DNA of 63,638 nucleotides, counting the filler, from Intoshia linei (Eukaryota > Animalia > Orthonectida), in assembly GCA_001642005.1 (NCBI GenBank). It is 9 parts of 9 records of this genome, joined end to end, with 100 filler letters (N's around TTAATTAATTAA, not from the genome) between each part and the next. Parts side by side here need not be neighbours in the genome. Positions count along the whole stretch, not along the records: positions 11,003 to 32,864 come from LWCA01000620.1; 8 more parts are not named here. The stretch is one strand, 5' to 3'. Below, in pieces: positions 11,630 through 25,201 of the stretch. A program made the position numbers and the translations under genes. The notes below the pieces were generated by a model. The model was not told the DNA's origin, did not search any database, and saw only the letters and a program-made list of their open reading frames with translations. Position 1 is the first letter of the stretch. Each line of letters starts with the position of its first letter.

Positions 11630-14600
11630 CTGTTCCGCTTTCAATGTTAAATTGATGAATCTATATTGATAAATATATTATTTATCAAGTTTACATTAAA
11701 AAAAAATTAAATTTTAAAAGTTTGGCGACCCTTGTGTATAATTAGTACCGATATAAAAACATAAAATTTGAATTTTTAATACCTTTAATACATCCCGGCT
11801 GTAAATGTTTCAAGTATCCTTGATACTTGGCACGATTTGATGTTTACTAATGATTGTACTAAGTAGCTAAATATTCCATAAAAAATATAAAAAATGGTAG
11901 ACAACAAAAAAATTTAAGATTGTTGGTGCTGGAAGAATTTTTTTATTGAATCGAAGATGAAAAGCAAAAATATTTGGAAATCCAATCTTAGATAAAAATT
12001 TTTGTGTCATGTTGTTTGAAAATAATAGTCATAAGCTGACTCACAGCCCATATTATAAATTTCAAGTGGGGATTAATTTAATACTGTTTTGACAGCTTAT
12101 TTTAGAATAACATTACACTTGTTGTAGTTTTTCATTGACGTAATTGATGCAGAGTTGGTTAAATCCATTGTTTTCAAATATTTCAAAGCCATATATATCC
12201 AAAATACCTATTGAAACAAGAGTATCATAGTTGTCACTGGCCAATATTGTATTTATTTTCTAGTTAAATATAAAATAAATTACTAAGTTAACTAGATATG
12301 AAATTAATAATAGGAGTGGATAACCTACTACCAATGGATAGTTTGTTGTAATCTGACAGCACATTGTACTGAATTTTTGTGATTTTAATTATACGCATAG
12401 AATGATACTAGTCACTAGTGATATACATGTATGTTAAAAGTTAACAACAATTTAATTTTTATGATATTAATTAATGTTATGTTTAGATGATGATTATTAG
12501 TTGATGTTATTTATAATTAATTTAATTATTTTTTCAATAACGAACAACGAACAGGTTTTTTTAAATTTATAATTTTTATTTAACTTTTCCCTTAGATAAT
12601 GAACATAAAAAAAATAATGGCAAGAAAAGGATTCGACTAATCTACAAAAAGAAAAATAAACTTATTTCATTTGTAGAGAATAATCAAAATTACAAACAAA
12701 GAGATTTAGCTGAAAAATATCAATTATCTCTTGAAACAGTTAATACTATTTTAAAAAGCTCTTCCGTTATCGAAAACTTTCGTCATGAAATAAGGAAAAT
12801 TCAATAACGAACTTGGAAAAATTATGATGACTAAATGTTCGTTATCCAAGGGGTCCACTGTATTTTAAACTAGGTGCCGTTTGTACCAAGTACAAAAAAT
12901 CAAGCTAGTTGTTACATAAAATGATGAGATTTTTCGAATTAATATTATAAGCAAGGCTATATCGATAGAAATTTTTTTTTAATAACTTTTGTTTCTTCAC
13001 TCCAATTTTTATTAATGTTAAAAAAATTTTAGTAAATATAATTTTTTAGTTTTTAATAAATTTGATATACATTGTGTACAGTGTACACTATATAGGACAG
13101 TTTTTATATTACACTTACAAAAGGAAAAAAAACGTGTATTAAAAAATTTCAAAATAATGCAAAATGTTGCTTTTCAGTGACAATAAAAAAAATCACAAAA
13201 AAATTAATAAAATGAATCTTGTACAAACTTTAAAAAAAACAAATTTAAAAAACCAGAATCATTGAACCTTAAAGATGACTTATAATACACTAAATGACAT
13301 TTAACATTTACGCTGACCAAATATTCAAATAATCGAAAATATATTGTCTTTGATAATGCATCTTTGGCGTGATGAGCCTAAAAATATATAAATTTACTTT
13401 AATTTAAAAAAGGTTAATTTTAATTTATTATTATAGTTAATATTAAGTGAGTATAGTTAATATATGCCATTTCCATCAATTTTACAGTACATTTTATCAA
13501 ATTAATTTTCTGATCCATTTTTAAACATCAGATATTTTGTAATTCGGAAAATGTTTTATTTGGTTAGATCAGGGGTGTACAGTCTGCGGCCGTGGGCAAT
13601 CCATGTCATCATAATGCAATATATCATTTTACTTCAAATTCAAGAGAAATATTTTTATTAAAATGTTACATTTTTGATTTTGCTCACTTTTTAAATTGAC
13701 GGTAAAATTGTGTACCCCTGGATTAGATGATCCCATAAAGATATTCAACACAAGATAAAATAGTTTCAAATAATTTGAGAATCATTCGTTTGCATACAAA
13801 ATAAAATAACACTACCTGAGTATAATTATATACAACTCGTATGGCTTCACTTTGACCACCCCATTTACTGTCCATTTCCCTACTAGTCAACTTTTCATTC
13901 AATAAAGTCATATCTAGTTCCAACAAATATGCTACCATTTCACTAACTAAAAATATACATTTAATGGGTAAATATTTCAAAATTTCTTTAATTACCCTTT
14001 GTATCGTAAATAAAAGCAGCTGAAGAATCATTTTCATCATATTGCAAATTTCCAATATATAAAATGCCTAAATTTTAAATTTAATCTTTTGAGACTTGTA
14101 AATATAATAAAATTATTAATTTTTTAATAATAAAATTTTAAATCTACCCATCAATATTTGTACTACATGATTTACTTCATATTCGTCCATATTTAACAAT
14201 TTAAGTGCATTCTAAATGTTATGTTATGTACGTAGATAAGTATTATGCTAAAATTGTTATTTTGATATTTTTATTAGTATCAGATTATTAGTATATACTA
14301 GTATCAGTATGTAATATTATTATTGTATCAAATTAGAAACAAAAATTTAAATAAAATGACAGTGGCGACTTTACAATTTGAATTGAAACGGTGTAGATGT
14401 TTCTACAATTTAATTTTTGCAGTGAATTTAAGAAATTTGTGTCTTCTTCAGTCCTTCCACCTTTAAAACCTCACAGTTAAAATAAAAATCCAGTAGAGTC
14501 GTCATTGATAATAACTAGCAGTATATATTCTGATTACAAATTTGTCAACACTCAAAAGTCTGTTTTATAAACTCTTTAAGAATTTAAAAATCACCAGTGT

Positions 14601-17600
14601 ATCTTCCACGTCTTTACTATCATTTATTCCATCCACAGTATAGCATTCACTTTGTGATAAATATAAAAATGAATTTGGTGTAGTCATACCACAATCATCT
14701 AAAAAAATGTAAAAAGAATATTAAAATAAATTACTGTACAAATTCTGATCTTTTATCTGCAAAATTTGATAAAATATGTGAAAGTTTCTTTCACCAACAT
14801 TTTGTGATATTACTCGTCCCTAATAATAATATTTAAAATAATTGATTTTAATTCATAAATTCTATTTTCAAATTTTCAAATTAACCAGGAAATTTGACTA
14901 AATTCATGTTTCGTTAAGCCTTTACAAATATCAATTTATTTAATATAGTTTTTTAATTGTATTCATTACGTGATTTTAGTCATGATTAAAATTTTATTAA
15001 AAATTTACACACATTTGCACCTTATTTAAAGATACTATTCGAAAACAGGCTTTTAGCTTTTTTTAACATTTAACAATTTTGGTTCAACAAGTCATAAAAA
15101 ATCAAAAAATCATTGCACCATGATCTACTGTTTTTTTATTGTTTCATAAAGAGAACATTCTTTAACACAACCATTTTTACTAAAAATCTACTTTTACCAA
15201 CTTTAAAGGGAAAAATTTATTTTCACAAACCTTTAAGTAAAAATTCCAATTTTACCAACCCTTCAGGAAAAAACCCAATTTTACTAACACTAAAATCAAA
15301 AAATACAGTCTTACCAATACTTAAATGAAAAAATCAGTTTTACCAACTCTTAAGTGAAAATTATACTTTTACAAACCCTAAAACGAAAAATCTAGTGTTA
15401 CCAACCCTAAAAGGTTAAAACCTTAACTGCATTTTTCCTTTCAGGTTGGTAAAACTGGAATTTTCCCTTAAGGTTTGATAAAACTGATTTTTTCATCTTA
15501 GGGTTGGTAGAACTGAATTTTTTTTTTAAAATTGGTAAAACTCGATTTTTCGTTTTAGGGTTTGTAAAAGTGGAAATTTCACTTAAGAATTGGTAAAACT
15601 GATTTTTTTATTTTAGGGTTGGTAAAACTGAATTTTTCCTTTTAGTGTTTGTAAAAGTGGATTAATTTCTTAGGAGTTGGTAAAACTGCAGTTTCCCCTT
15701 AAGGGTAGATAAAAGTGGAATTTTCACTTAAGAGTTGGTAAAACTGATTTTTTCATTTTAGAGTTGGTAAAACTGAATTTTTCCTTTTAAGGTTGGTAAA
15801 ACTCGATTTTTCCCTTAAGGTTTAGTAAAACAGGAATTTTCCCTATAGGATTGGTAAATTTTGTATTTTAGTAAATGGTTGGTTTAAGTAGAAACACTTT
15901 CATAAATATCATATAAATTTGATTACACTTTCCAATAGAAAAGTTCTTATTTTTGCTCCAGATGGTCTTCCATCACAGTGGTATTTAATTTCAATATATT
16001 TACCCTAAATGTACGATATTAACAACCATCAAGTATAATAAATACGAATCTGCTAGAATTATTATTTCGTAAAGTTTTTGCGTTTCCAAATGATTCCAAA
16101 AGAGGATTTGAGCTTAAGATTAAATTGTTGATTCTCTATGATTATTAAATGACTATTATGATTAACAAATAACAAACAAAATAAATAATACTAAACAGAC
16201 ACTGTTTAATCAACCCGGTTTAAAATGATGTACAACGATATCCAAACACAATTGTTATCAAATTCTAAAATGTGGTATTTTTTAAAGAACAAAATTTTTT
16301 GACCGGACTTATGTTGTATTGTCATGCTCATTTTTTTAAAATTTAAGAGGTATTGGTTATTTAATATTTTTTATTAAAATGTGTAAATTAAATCATTTTT
16401 GTTAAATAGTTACCAAATAAAAAAATAAATACTAAAGTGTGTTTAGACCGTGGATGTGTCAATTTTTGATATTGACATTTTTTGATTTTGTTAACTGAAT
16501 ATAACTGTATGAAGTGTGTTTTTTTAATTCTAGGACTTTGATCGCGAAAATATCAGTTTTTGAGGTTGAAATTTATGACAATGTTTATGATCTATTGTTA
16601 AAAATTATCCCAGAAGTTATTAATCTAACTTTTAAAATTTAAGGACTCACTTTATTTTTTTAAAAAAACGGGTAATTTGTGTTTTTAACCCTGAAAGACT
16701 CAATTTCTGAAAATTAAATTGTCGCTAAAACATGACAAATTAAAAAAAATTTACACATTGGTTTTTGTAAATTCTAGGAATCTTAAAGTTTTAATTAAAC
16801 TGTAAAACACAGAGATTCATCTTTATATGAGTAAAAGATTAAATAAATAAAAATGTACATGTGATTCTTCATCATGGCCAGATCTATTACTAATACATTC
16901 CATAATTTTAATAGCAGCGACAGTTTTGCCAGCTCCACTTTCACCACTAACATAACAAATACATATGTATAATTTGCATAAATAATTAAATTTACATAAT
17001 CTACTCTCCCTGTGTTAATGCGATACAACAAAAGTTCTCAACATTTTTTTAAAACCCCTAAGCCCATAATTCATGTATATTTTTTAAAATCACCCCCTCC
17101 GTAATTTATAATTAAGTTGTTACTGTTACTCAATTTTTTAAAGAATCGACCCATAGAACCCATAATTTTCTTTAAAAAATTGTAATACTTTTGTACGTTA
17201 TTTAAGACATCCGATTCTTATCCGGTACACCACAAAGAAATCTAATGTTATTTTATACTTTTTTTTAAGTTAGTGTCAAACTGATACATTGACAAATTCT
17301 TTGATGAATATTTTGGGATTTACTATTTACATAGATATATACTACATGTATTGCATATATTACTATTAATATAAAAAATTACGATATAATCACGCATTGG
17401 TTTGTTTGTTCACTTCGCATATTTGAATACATAACATCGCCTATAGCAAAAATATGAGGTGGGTTTTCATAAAGTGTCTAAATTGGTATATAATAAGACT
17501 GACTCAAAAACCGGTTTAAAATACCCGATTAAAAACTGACTTAAAAAAACGACTTTTAATAATATATAAATCTAATTATGAGTGCTTGTAATTATATTGA

Positions 17601-19235
17601 TTACTATGTTATAAAAGAGTATCATAATGTAATTCTTCTATGTTTAATAATTATAATTAAATTGTTAAGTTAGATTTTAAATTTTAGGTTAAGTTAACCT
17701 TAAACTTCCCTAAGTCAGTGGCGGATCTAGTATTTTCATCCAGGGGCGTGCATAATTATTTTGAATAGGAGAATTTTTAATAATAATTACATAATTGCCA
17801 GGTGTTTTCAATTTATCCCAAAGCCTATACGACAGCTACATTATTATTTCAAAACCCACTTTTATTTAAAAAAAATTTATTTTTAATAAATTTTACAGTG
17901 CCATAGGTGTTTATAAAAAATATCATTTCAAACACCCAGGAAAAAATCAAATTTTACCGATATTTTTTAAAAAATCCACTAATCCAATTTTACAATCCCT
18001 TATGGAAAAATTTCTTTTTACTAATATTATTTTGAAAAGCGATTTTACAAAATTTTATGATAAAAGACATTTAATTTTATCATGAATGTTTACATTTCAT
18101 GTTTTGTTTGAGGTCCAAAAAAATAAATATTTTGAAATGGAGGTCCGTACACTATTTGAATCGGGAACCACTGATTTAGGGTAATAAAAAAGTTTTGCTA
18201 CCCAATTTCTATTTTTTTAGCTTAAATTTTTTGCTCCTCACCCTATTTTTCTTCGGCTAACCCGTAGTTAGATATAACACACTGATATCATATAGTAAAT
18301 AATTTATCTAATTTAATACGTAACAAATTTTATTAATCAGTCGACTCAAGTATTTGAAGTGAATTAGATAACGATGAGTTAAAAGAAAAATTACAGAAAT
18401 GGCCACAATTTTTTTTCAAAATTTATGCGTCTCTTCAAAAAGGTACCTAACCTTTTTGGCATTCATTATTAACATTTCATGATTATTTGATACCATTTCC
18501 AAAAAGTTAATGAACCCGAAGAGTAGAATAGAAAACATTAAACGTTCAAAGTTTATTTGTAATCATATTTTAAAACTCGTTTTTGGATTTTGATTTTAAT
18601 CTGATCTGATCGTGGTGAGAATTTTTTGTATTTAATAAATTGACTAACGTAAGTTTTCTGCGCATGTTAAACCTTGGAACATTGTTATTTTGATGTGTGT
18701 AGAAGAGTTCAATCGAAAACGTTATGAAAATAATACACAGAATATACAAGATCATTAATACATGAAATTAAAAATAAGGTCATATCAGAGTATAGGGTGA
18801 TGACCAATATGTGTATTATGTGCGCTATATCTATTATATTGTAATTATTGAGTAAATTATTATGAAATAAATTACAGTATCCCTGTAAATTTCCAATTCA
18901 TTTGTTCCATATATCGGCAAATTTTTAAAAGGATTGACAGATACGAGTACTGGACCAATATACGTCTAAATTGTGAAAAATTACAAAACTATTTTAATCA
19001 ATCATTACATAAATTTGATCATTCATATATCTAAATGTATATTATAATATTTATAATAATATTATAAATAAAGAAATGTAATAAAATGACCTTTTTTTTA
19101 AATTATCAACTATGGATGATTTCGATCTGCTAGATAGCATAACCATATCATCAGTACCCGTCTTTTTAACATCTTTGCTTTGCCAGTGATAAGACTAAGA
19201 TAATATTTTTTATTGGGCTAAGATATTTGTACCAT
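11630..19235 (-). CDS. MYO1E: Unconventional myosin-IE/IF, motor N-terminal half (about 15 exons; rest lost at the spacer)
   Basis: [44 protein letters not shown]-loop [54 protein letters not shown], switch [30 protein letters not shown] and SKWGG are characteristic of the class IE/F subgroup. Confidence 0.92.
12600..12861 (+). mobile_element. pogo/Tigger-like remnant (CENP-B N-terminal HTH)
   Basis: Decayed [35 protein letters not shown], followed by a pogo-like terminus GTTCGTTATCCAAGGGGTCCACTG-TA. Confidence 0.65.
13570..13720. mobile_element. hAT MITE (related copy at ~61945-62110)
   Basis: TIRs CAGGGGTGTACA / TGTGTACCCCTG; TSD GGTTAGAT/GATTAGAT (7 of 8). Confidence 0.75.
15160..15888. 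mobile_element. Foldback-like element: two inverted arms of ~30-bp tandem repeats
   Basis: TTTTACCAACC units (15175-15410) switch to GGTTGGTAAAA units (15440-15860). The termini CAACCATTTTTACTAAAA / TTTTAGTAAATGGTTG are inverted copies. Confidence 0.75.
16290..16840 (+). mobile_element. Dispersed non-autonomous Helitron/Helentron-like repeat (copies ~38050-38550 +, ~45838-46100 -, ~58090-58900 +)
   Basis: Shared 3' block AATTCTA(G/A)GA...TAAAC(A/T)GTAA(C/A)ACAC...TATAT.AGTAA.GATT with a CA-rich tract and no TIRs. Repeat status is seen directly; the class is inferred. Confidence 0.5.
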
Positions 19236-19564
19236 TCAATCTGAAAAAATGTCGTCTTTGAAAAATATTCACTATTCTTAAAATTACAAAACAAATATTC
19301 TGTATGATGGTTATCAATAAATAATGTGTAAATACTCGACTAAATCAATAATAAATTATTTTATCAAATTTAAAAATTATTGGTGGTATGTAAATGTTGC
19401 ATTGTTTTTACACTACGTAATTACATAGTTTTGAATAGTATTAAGCTTTCAAAATGTTAAAAATGATAAAAAAATTGAATTTTTTTCAGTTTTTTAAATT
19501 TGCATTTGGGTATCTGTACATTGTTTGCAGTAGCAGACAATTTGGTGTAAATCACTGTAAATAT

Positions 19565-20252
19565 CAGGGATTGGAATTAATGCATTGCAACCAATTTAAT
19601 TGCAATTAATTGGTTTTTTGAAATATAAAAAAATTTCACTTAATTGAGGATTGATAACAATATCATAATCATTTTTAAAAAATTGTCATGTGGTTATAAT
19701 GAATATACTAAGATGCTGTTTGTCCGAAGTACATTACAGTCAGGCTAGTATGTTAAATAAATCATTTTTCTGGTGACAAACGCGTTTCTATTTTTCTAAA
19801 ATTGCAAAAAATAATGAAAAGTTGTTAATATTTTATTATACAATATTAAACTATTTTATTTGCATAATAGTATTTAAAAAATATTTTTATATTATTTATT
19901 TTATTTCTTCCTTCGAATTTGGATATAATTTGTTTCTGGAAATAAATAAAGCATGGTAGGATTGTGATGCGCTACAACAAGTGTTAACAGTGTCAACTTG
20001 ACACCTTAATATTGTATTATGATAAATTATAGTGTATAATGATTAAATTTAATTTTTTCATTAAACCATTTATCAATAAAAAATTCAATTTATATTTTTC
20101 CAGTTATATGAAAAAAACCAATTAATTGAAAATCATTTTTTCATTTTTCAATTAATTGCAAAAAAATTAATTAATGGAAAAATTAATATTTAGCAAACAA
20201 TTAATTGGTTTATACAAAATAATTGATTGCAATCAATTATTTCCAATCCCTG
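19565..20252. mobile_element. hAT MITE upstream of the myosin start
   Basis: TIRs CAGGGATTGGAA / TTCCAATCCCTG, subterminal AATTAATTG repeats, TSD GTAAATAT/GTAAGTAT. Confidence 0.78.
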
Positions 20253-21651
20253 GTAAGTATCGGTGTTACAAGGATAATAGTTGCTTAATTATGATAAAAA
20301 CACTTCAAAATATACAAAAATAACATTAAAAATTAACATTTTTTAATTTATAAACTTATTGCATTGCATCAAATATATCAGTGATGGAAAAAGGTGTTTT
20401 CGTGTTAATAAAACAACTTGACGTATTTGTTAACACATTTCAAAAAATAAACACTTTCAAAATTACATGAACAAATAATTAACAAAAAAAATCAAAAAAG
20501 AAATAGATTCCTTGAATAAACAAATTCACTTGCGAATACAATTGTAATTGAAATATGCAAGCTTTGATCAATTGACATTTTCATTCCATTGAAAACCTTG
20601 CTGAAAAATGTTACTGATTTTCTCTCATATAGGTAAGAAATTTATATTTTTTTATTAGAAAATACCAGAAAATAATTTTCGAATATAATCTAAATTAACA
20701 CACTTCATTTGATTTGGTTGTCATCACTGGCATATGCCATGTATCCCTTTTCCGAAAATAACGGAAATTAATGTTAACAGTATTACAGATTTTCAAAAAA
20801 TCATCACTAATAGGTTTAAAATTAATGAGTTAGGTTCCTTTTCTCAATGCTCATCATCAGTAAAGAAAAATAAAATTTGAAGAGTAGAATTATAAATTAA
20901 TTTTTTTGGTAATTTACGGTTTTGGTTTTTTTTGTGGACTGCCTGGCTATTTTGATTATAATAAAAAATGTGACAAGAAAATCCTTTAATAAACCAATAC
21001 GTGTCTGAAAATTATGTCGGTTGGGTTTTGAGATTTTGACTTTGCAAATCCACAGAGCTCTATAATACCAATTGTGCTCGTATTTGAAAATAAACGAATA
21101 ATTTTCAGATGCACTAGCAGGATAATGTACTAATCCATGTTTCATAATCACAAAATTATATTTTTAAATACCGAATATATAACTAAAAAAAACTAAACCA
21201 AACTAAACTATATTTACAACATTAGTCACCTGATTTAATATTATATAAAACATATTGCTATTCTTTTCAGAGTATTAAATATTTTTCTTAACCAAAACAC
21301 CCATAATTCAATTGATTTAAAGTTAAGTACATTTCTAGCAATTTCAAAAAAGACGAGTTAAGGCGATTTGAATTATTAAAATATATCAAGAATATTTATA
21401 AAAATGAGCGTTAAAAGAATTTTTACCGTAAGGATAATAAAAAAATTGTAAATGCGGCTCACCATACCCAAATTTAATATTTTAATTCTAAATACACTTT
21501 GATTGAACCATTCGAGTGTAGTTAATTGATTATATTAATTATTCCAATTAATTGAGGTGTCTAACTAATATTTCAGTTGACAAATACTATTTTAAAAAAC
21601 AGTTAAATTAATAATTTATATAAAAATCATACAATATTAATTACATAATCA

Positions 21652-22600
21652 TTAATGAATATCTTCAACCCATTCGTTCTCTCTCTTTATCTTAATAAAA
21701 AAATTACTAAAATGGAGTCAATAATGTGACTAATATATTTAATGAAATCGTGTCAAATAACAAATTATTATTGTTTCGATTAAACCGTGCACCATATAAT
21801 TTAACAGTTATAACTTGATATATTCATAAATATAACTACATTTACATTACAGTACACTAAAAAAAAATAAACTTAAAGTGTATAAACTATAATGAAAGAA
21901 TATTAATACCTCAAAAAACTGTTACATAAAAACATAATCACAGCAAAAATGTATTATTTCATTAATTCATTTTATGGTTTTTAGAGCGTAAAGTTTATGC
22001 AAATGTGAAATTATGATTTTTGTATATATATTTTGTATATAATTATTATAATAAGTATATGTAAATTACTTGTTCTTGCTCTGCTTCTGTCAGGTCATTT
22101 TTAATATTGAAAGTTTTTCTAATTTCATCTGGAGTTCTATTTTTAATCATGTTGGCAACAAATGTACATGAAGCGTCAAGCAATTTTGGGATATCCATAT
22201 AATTAGCAGACTGGTATAATTTACTCATTTAAAAATGTCATTAAATTACCATAATAAGTTGAAAAAGAGCTGCTTGATCCATCTTAAAAAATTCACAATC
22301 CCAAACACTCAAAGAGTCCGATTTTGCATTGATGTTCTCATTGTCTTTAACGTTGTCATTTTTATAATAATCGCTCCATTGAATTATTCTGCGCAATGAA
22401 TTTCCATTAACTTCTGACAATAATACGTATTCCTCTATTAATCAAAGATTAAAATAAATAAATCACGATTAAAAAGAACCTTCTTCATCATTAAAATTTC
22501 CATCTAAAAGAGATTTAATAAAATTGCTTTGAGCAGACAAATCTTCTACGTCCAAAGTAAATTCTTCACCATCATTAGTTCTTACTTTAAAATTTTTCAT
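21652..22600 (-). CDS. SKP1: S-phase kinase-associated protein 1 homolog (4 coding exons)
   Basis: [17 protein letters not shown]...[15 protein letters not shown]...[77 protein letters not shown]. Confidence 0.93.
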
Positions 22601-22919
22601 CTAAAATCATGAAAAAAATATTTCATTAATTTGAAGATAATGACAAGAGTTTTTTACCTTGTCAAAATGATTTAATTCAACTAATTTAGAAAAATAAATA
22701 TTTATCCCATCCCACACTTTGCAAAATTATACATTATGTGTATATGAATTATTATAACTAAATTCAAATGTATAAAATAAATAACCAACAAGCCAGCTGG
22801 TACATTGTTGGCACCAGTTAATTTTTTTAAATACATAAATGTATAAAAATGATTAATTTGTAAAATGTAAAGTGAATACAATGACGCTATTATTAGTTTA
22901 ATATTTAGAATTAAGTACT

Positions 22920-23330
22920 CATAAAAAGAGATTTTTCCTTCATGATTACTAAAATTTTGGTTTTTTATTTTGTGGTTGAATTAAGAGTTTTTCCTCGTAA
23001 GGTTTGGTAAAATCGAAATTTTCAAAAAAATGTAGAAAAAGATATTTTACCTTAACGTAAGGCTTAATGGTTGGTACTATTCGATTTTACTTGGGGTTGG
23101 ATTAAGTGTTTTTTCTCTTAATGTTTTTGTAAAATCGTAAGAAGGAAATTTTTAAATAAAGGGCTTGAAATGGTATTTTTTATTAAATATTATTAAATTT
23201 TCGATTTAAATTTATATTGGAATTTTTAGGGTGAGATTTTTCAAATAATAATTTAGCGGCCGTCTAGACTTTAGGGGAAAATCCTAACATCTGTCAACTC
23301 TGCAATAATGTATTTTACAAAAATAAACTA
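22920..23330 (-). mobile_element. GGTAAAA-array repeat family copy ending in AACATCTGTCAACTCTG (inverted copy at 27340-27600)
   Basis: Reverse-complement similarity to 27340-27520 (GAGTTGCCAGATGTT...CTAGACG...ATTTCAAGCCCTTTATTTAAAAATT). Confidence 0.65.
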
Positions 23331-25201
23331 ATTTTTTAATTTTATTAATAATAAAACCAGAAATGCTGGTAACACTTTTTTATATCTAAAAATTCTGAAA
23401 GTTCAAAAAATTTACACATGATACATTTCGATTTTAATTCAAAAAAGAAACGGTTGTAGTATATTCAACAAAATAAAATCCAGGCGATTTGAAACTTCAG
23501 TATTAAAATGATTATAATGAACCAATTTTAGTAGAAAATGTTTAAAACGGTGTTACAAAGTTGACAAATTTAAAAATAAATAATTTACATATTTACTTAA
23601 ATGGTCACCAAAATTATTCTGTGGGCCCCTGGTTTAGATTGATTCGTAAACGATAGTTATGTCGTCCCTTTTAGCGACTTAAACAATGATATTTATCTAA
23701 ATGGGTAAATTATGTCATTTCATATACAAAAGTATTTTCAACACGACTGAATCGATATATTTTTTATGTAGTTTCGTTTTTTGTTTAGACATCTATAAAA
23801 ATAAATTAGTTAAAAACTCATTAATAGATAAGAGACATATCAAAAAATTTTTGATACAAAACATTTATATAAAAAATGTACTAAAACAATGATTTTAAGG
23901 TTAAAAATAAATGAACTAAAGTGCTACTCGAACGATGAAGGACCTTCATTGAAGGTAAATAATTAAAAAAACTTCCCAATCTCACGTCATTTCAATTATA
24001 ATTTCAATAAAAATTAAAATCTACATATTGAGCATACCTATTTTTGATTATTGAAATTTGTGACAATCAATGTTAAGAATTATATAAAATTGATATTCCA
24101 CAAGGTAATTAATATTGTGATTAAAGTATAGTGGAGCATAATTATGTTTTCTGTAACCATTAATACTTGAAATAATAAAAATATTAATTTCATACTTTAC
24201 ATTTCAATTACCTTTCATTGTTAACAATTTAGTAGTTTAAATTGTCTAAATATTGCCTAAAATGTTCGCACGTAAATGTAATATAATGCACATTCAAGTG
24301 ATTGTTTTTAAAAAAACAAATATTTACTGTTATTTTGTATAAATTCATATTGTATAAAACAATATTAAAGTCTATTAACATTAAATTTCAGTTTAATAGA
24401 CGCATAATAGATGGTTATTTTTATTACATATAGATAATTTTAAATATATGCATAATTAATAGTAAAATAACCTCAATGAATCTTTCAATGTGATTTTAAT
24501 ATGAATACGATAATAAAAATTAAAATGATAATAAAATGATAGTAAATTGATAACATATTACCTGTGACAAAAAATTTTACAATAGGCGCAATTTTTTACA
24601 TTGATATTGCTAATCAATATATAACACTAGATGATTCTTTATTATAAATTGGCACATTGCCAATTTTAAATTAACAACAACATAGTGATTTGCGCCAAAG
24701 TATTACCTGTGTTATTACTTGTCAATTTATTTGTTATCATTTTTATTCTTTGATTGTTCGATTTAATCTGCTTTTTTACAATTTTGTAAATTTAGTTCAA
24801 ATGTAAATTTTATCGATTGGAAATGTAATCTAACATGGATAAAGTGAAATAGCTGACGAATCAATGAAAATGACAATTTTGTAATGGTATAATATTCTGA
24901 TACATATTTTTTAATCAATAAAAAGTAATTTTTACAAAGAAAATACTTTTGTTGAATTCATAGAGTTAACTCATTCATTTAAGATTAGGGTAGAGAGATT
25001 ATGTATTTATATTGCTATAATATGAATCTATGATACAACGAAAAATCTTTTTTAATTTACAATTAATAGTTTCCATAAACGATAAGGTGAAATATAGAAT
25101 GTACGATAATAAAAAAAACGTTGATATATTTATAACTTTTTTATCAATTTTTTTAAGTGTAAGGATGTACAAATTTATGTAAAAAATTTATTCAATTTCT
25201 A

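Noticed and set aside
12100-12125. Apparent premature stop in myosin after EKLQQV
   Set aside because: It lies in an intron. The frame resumes in the 31-nt exon at 11660-11630 ([10 protein letters not shown]).
11050-15888. ~30-bp repeats as a CRISPR-like array
   Set aside because: The units are contiguous degenerate tandem repeats with no unique spacers and no cas genes, in a eukaryotic context.
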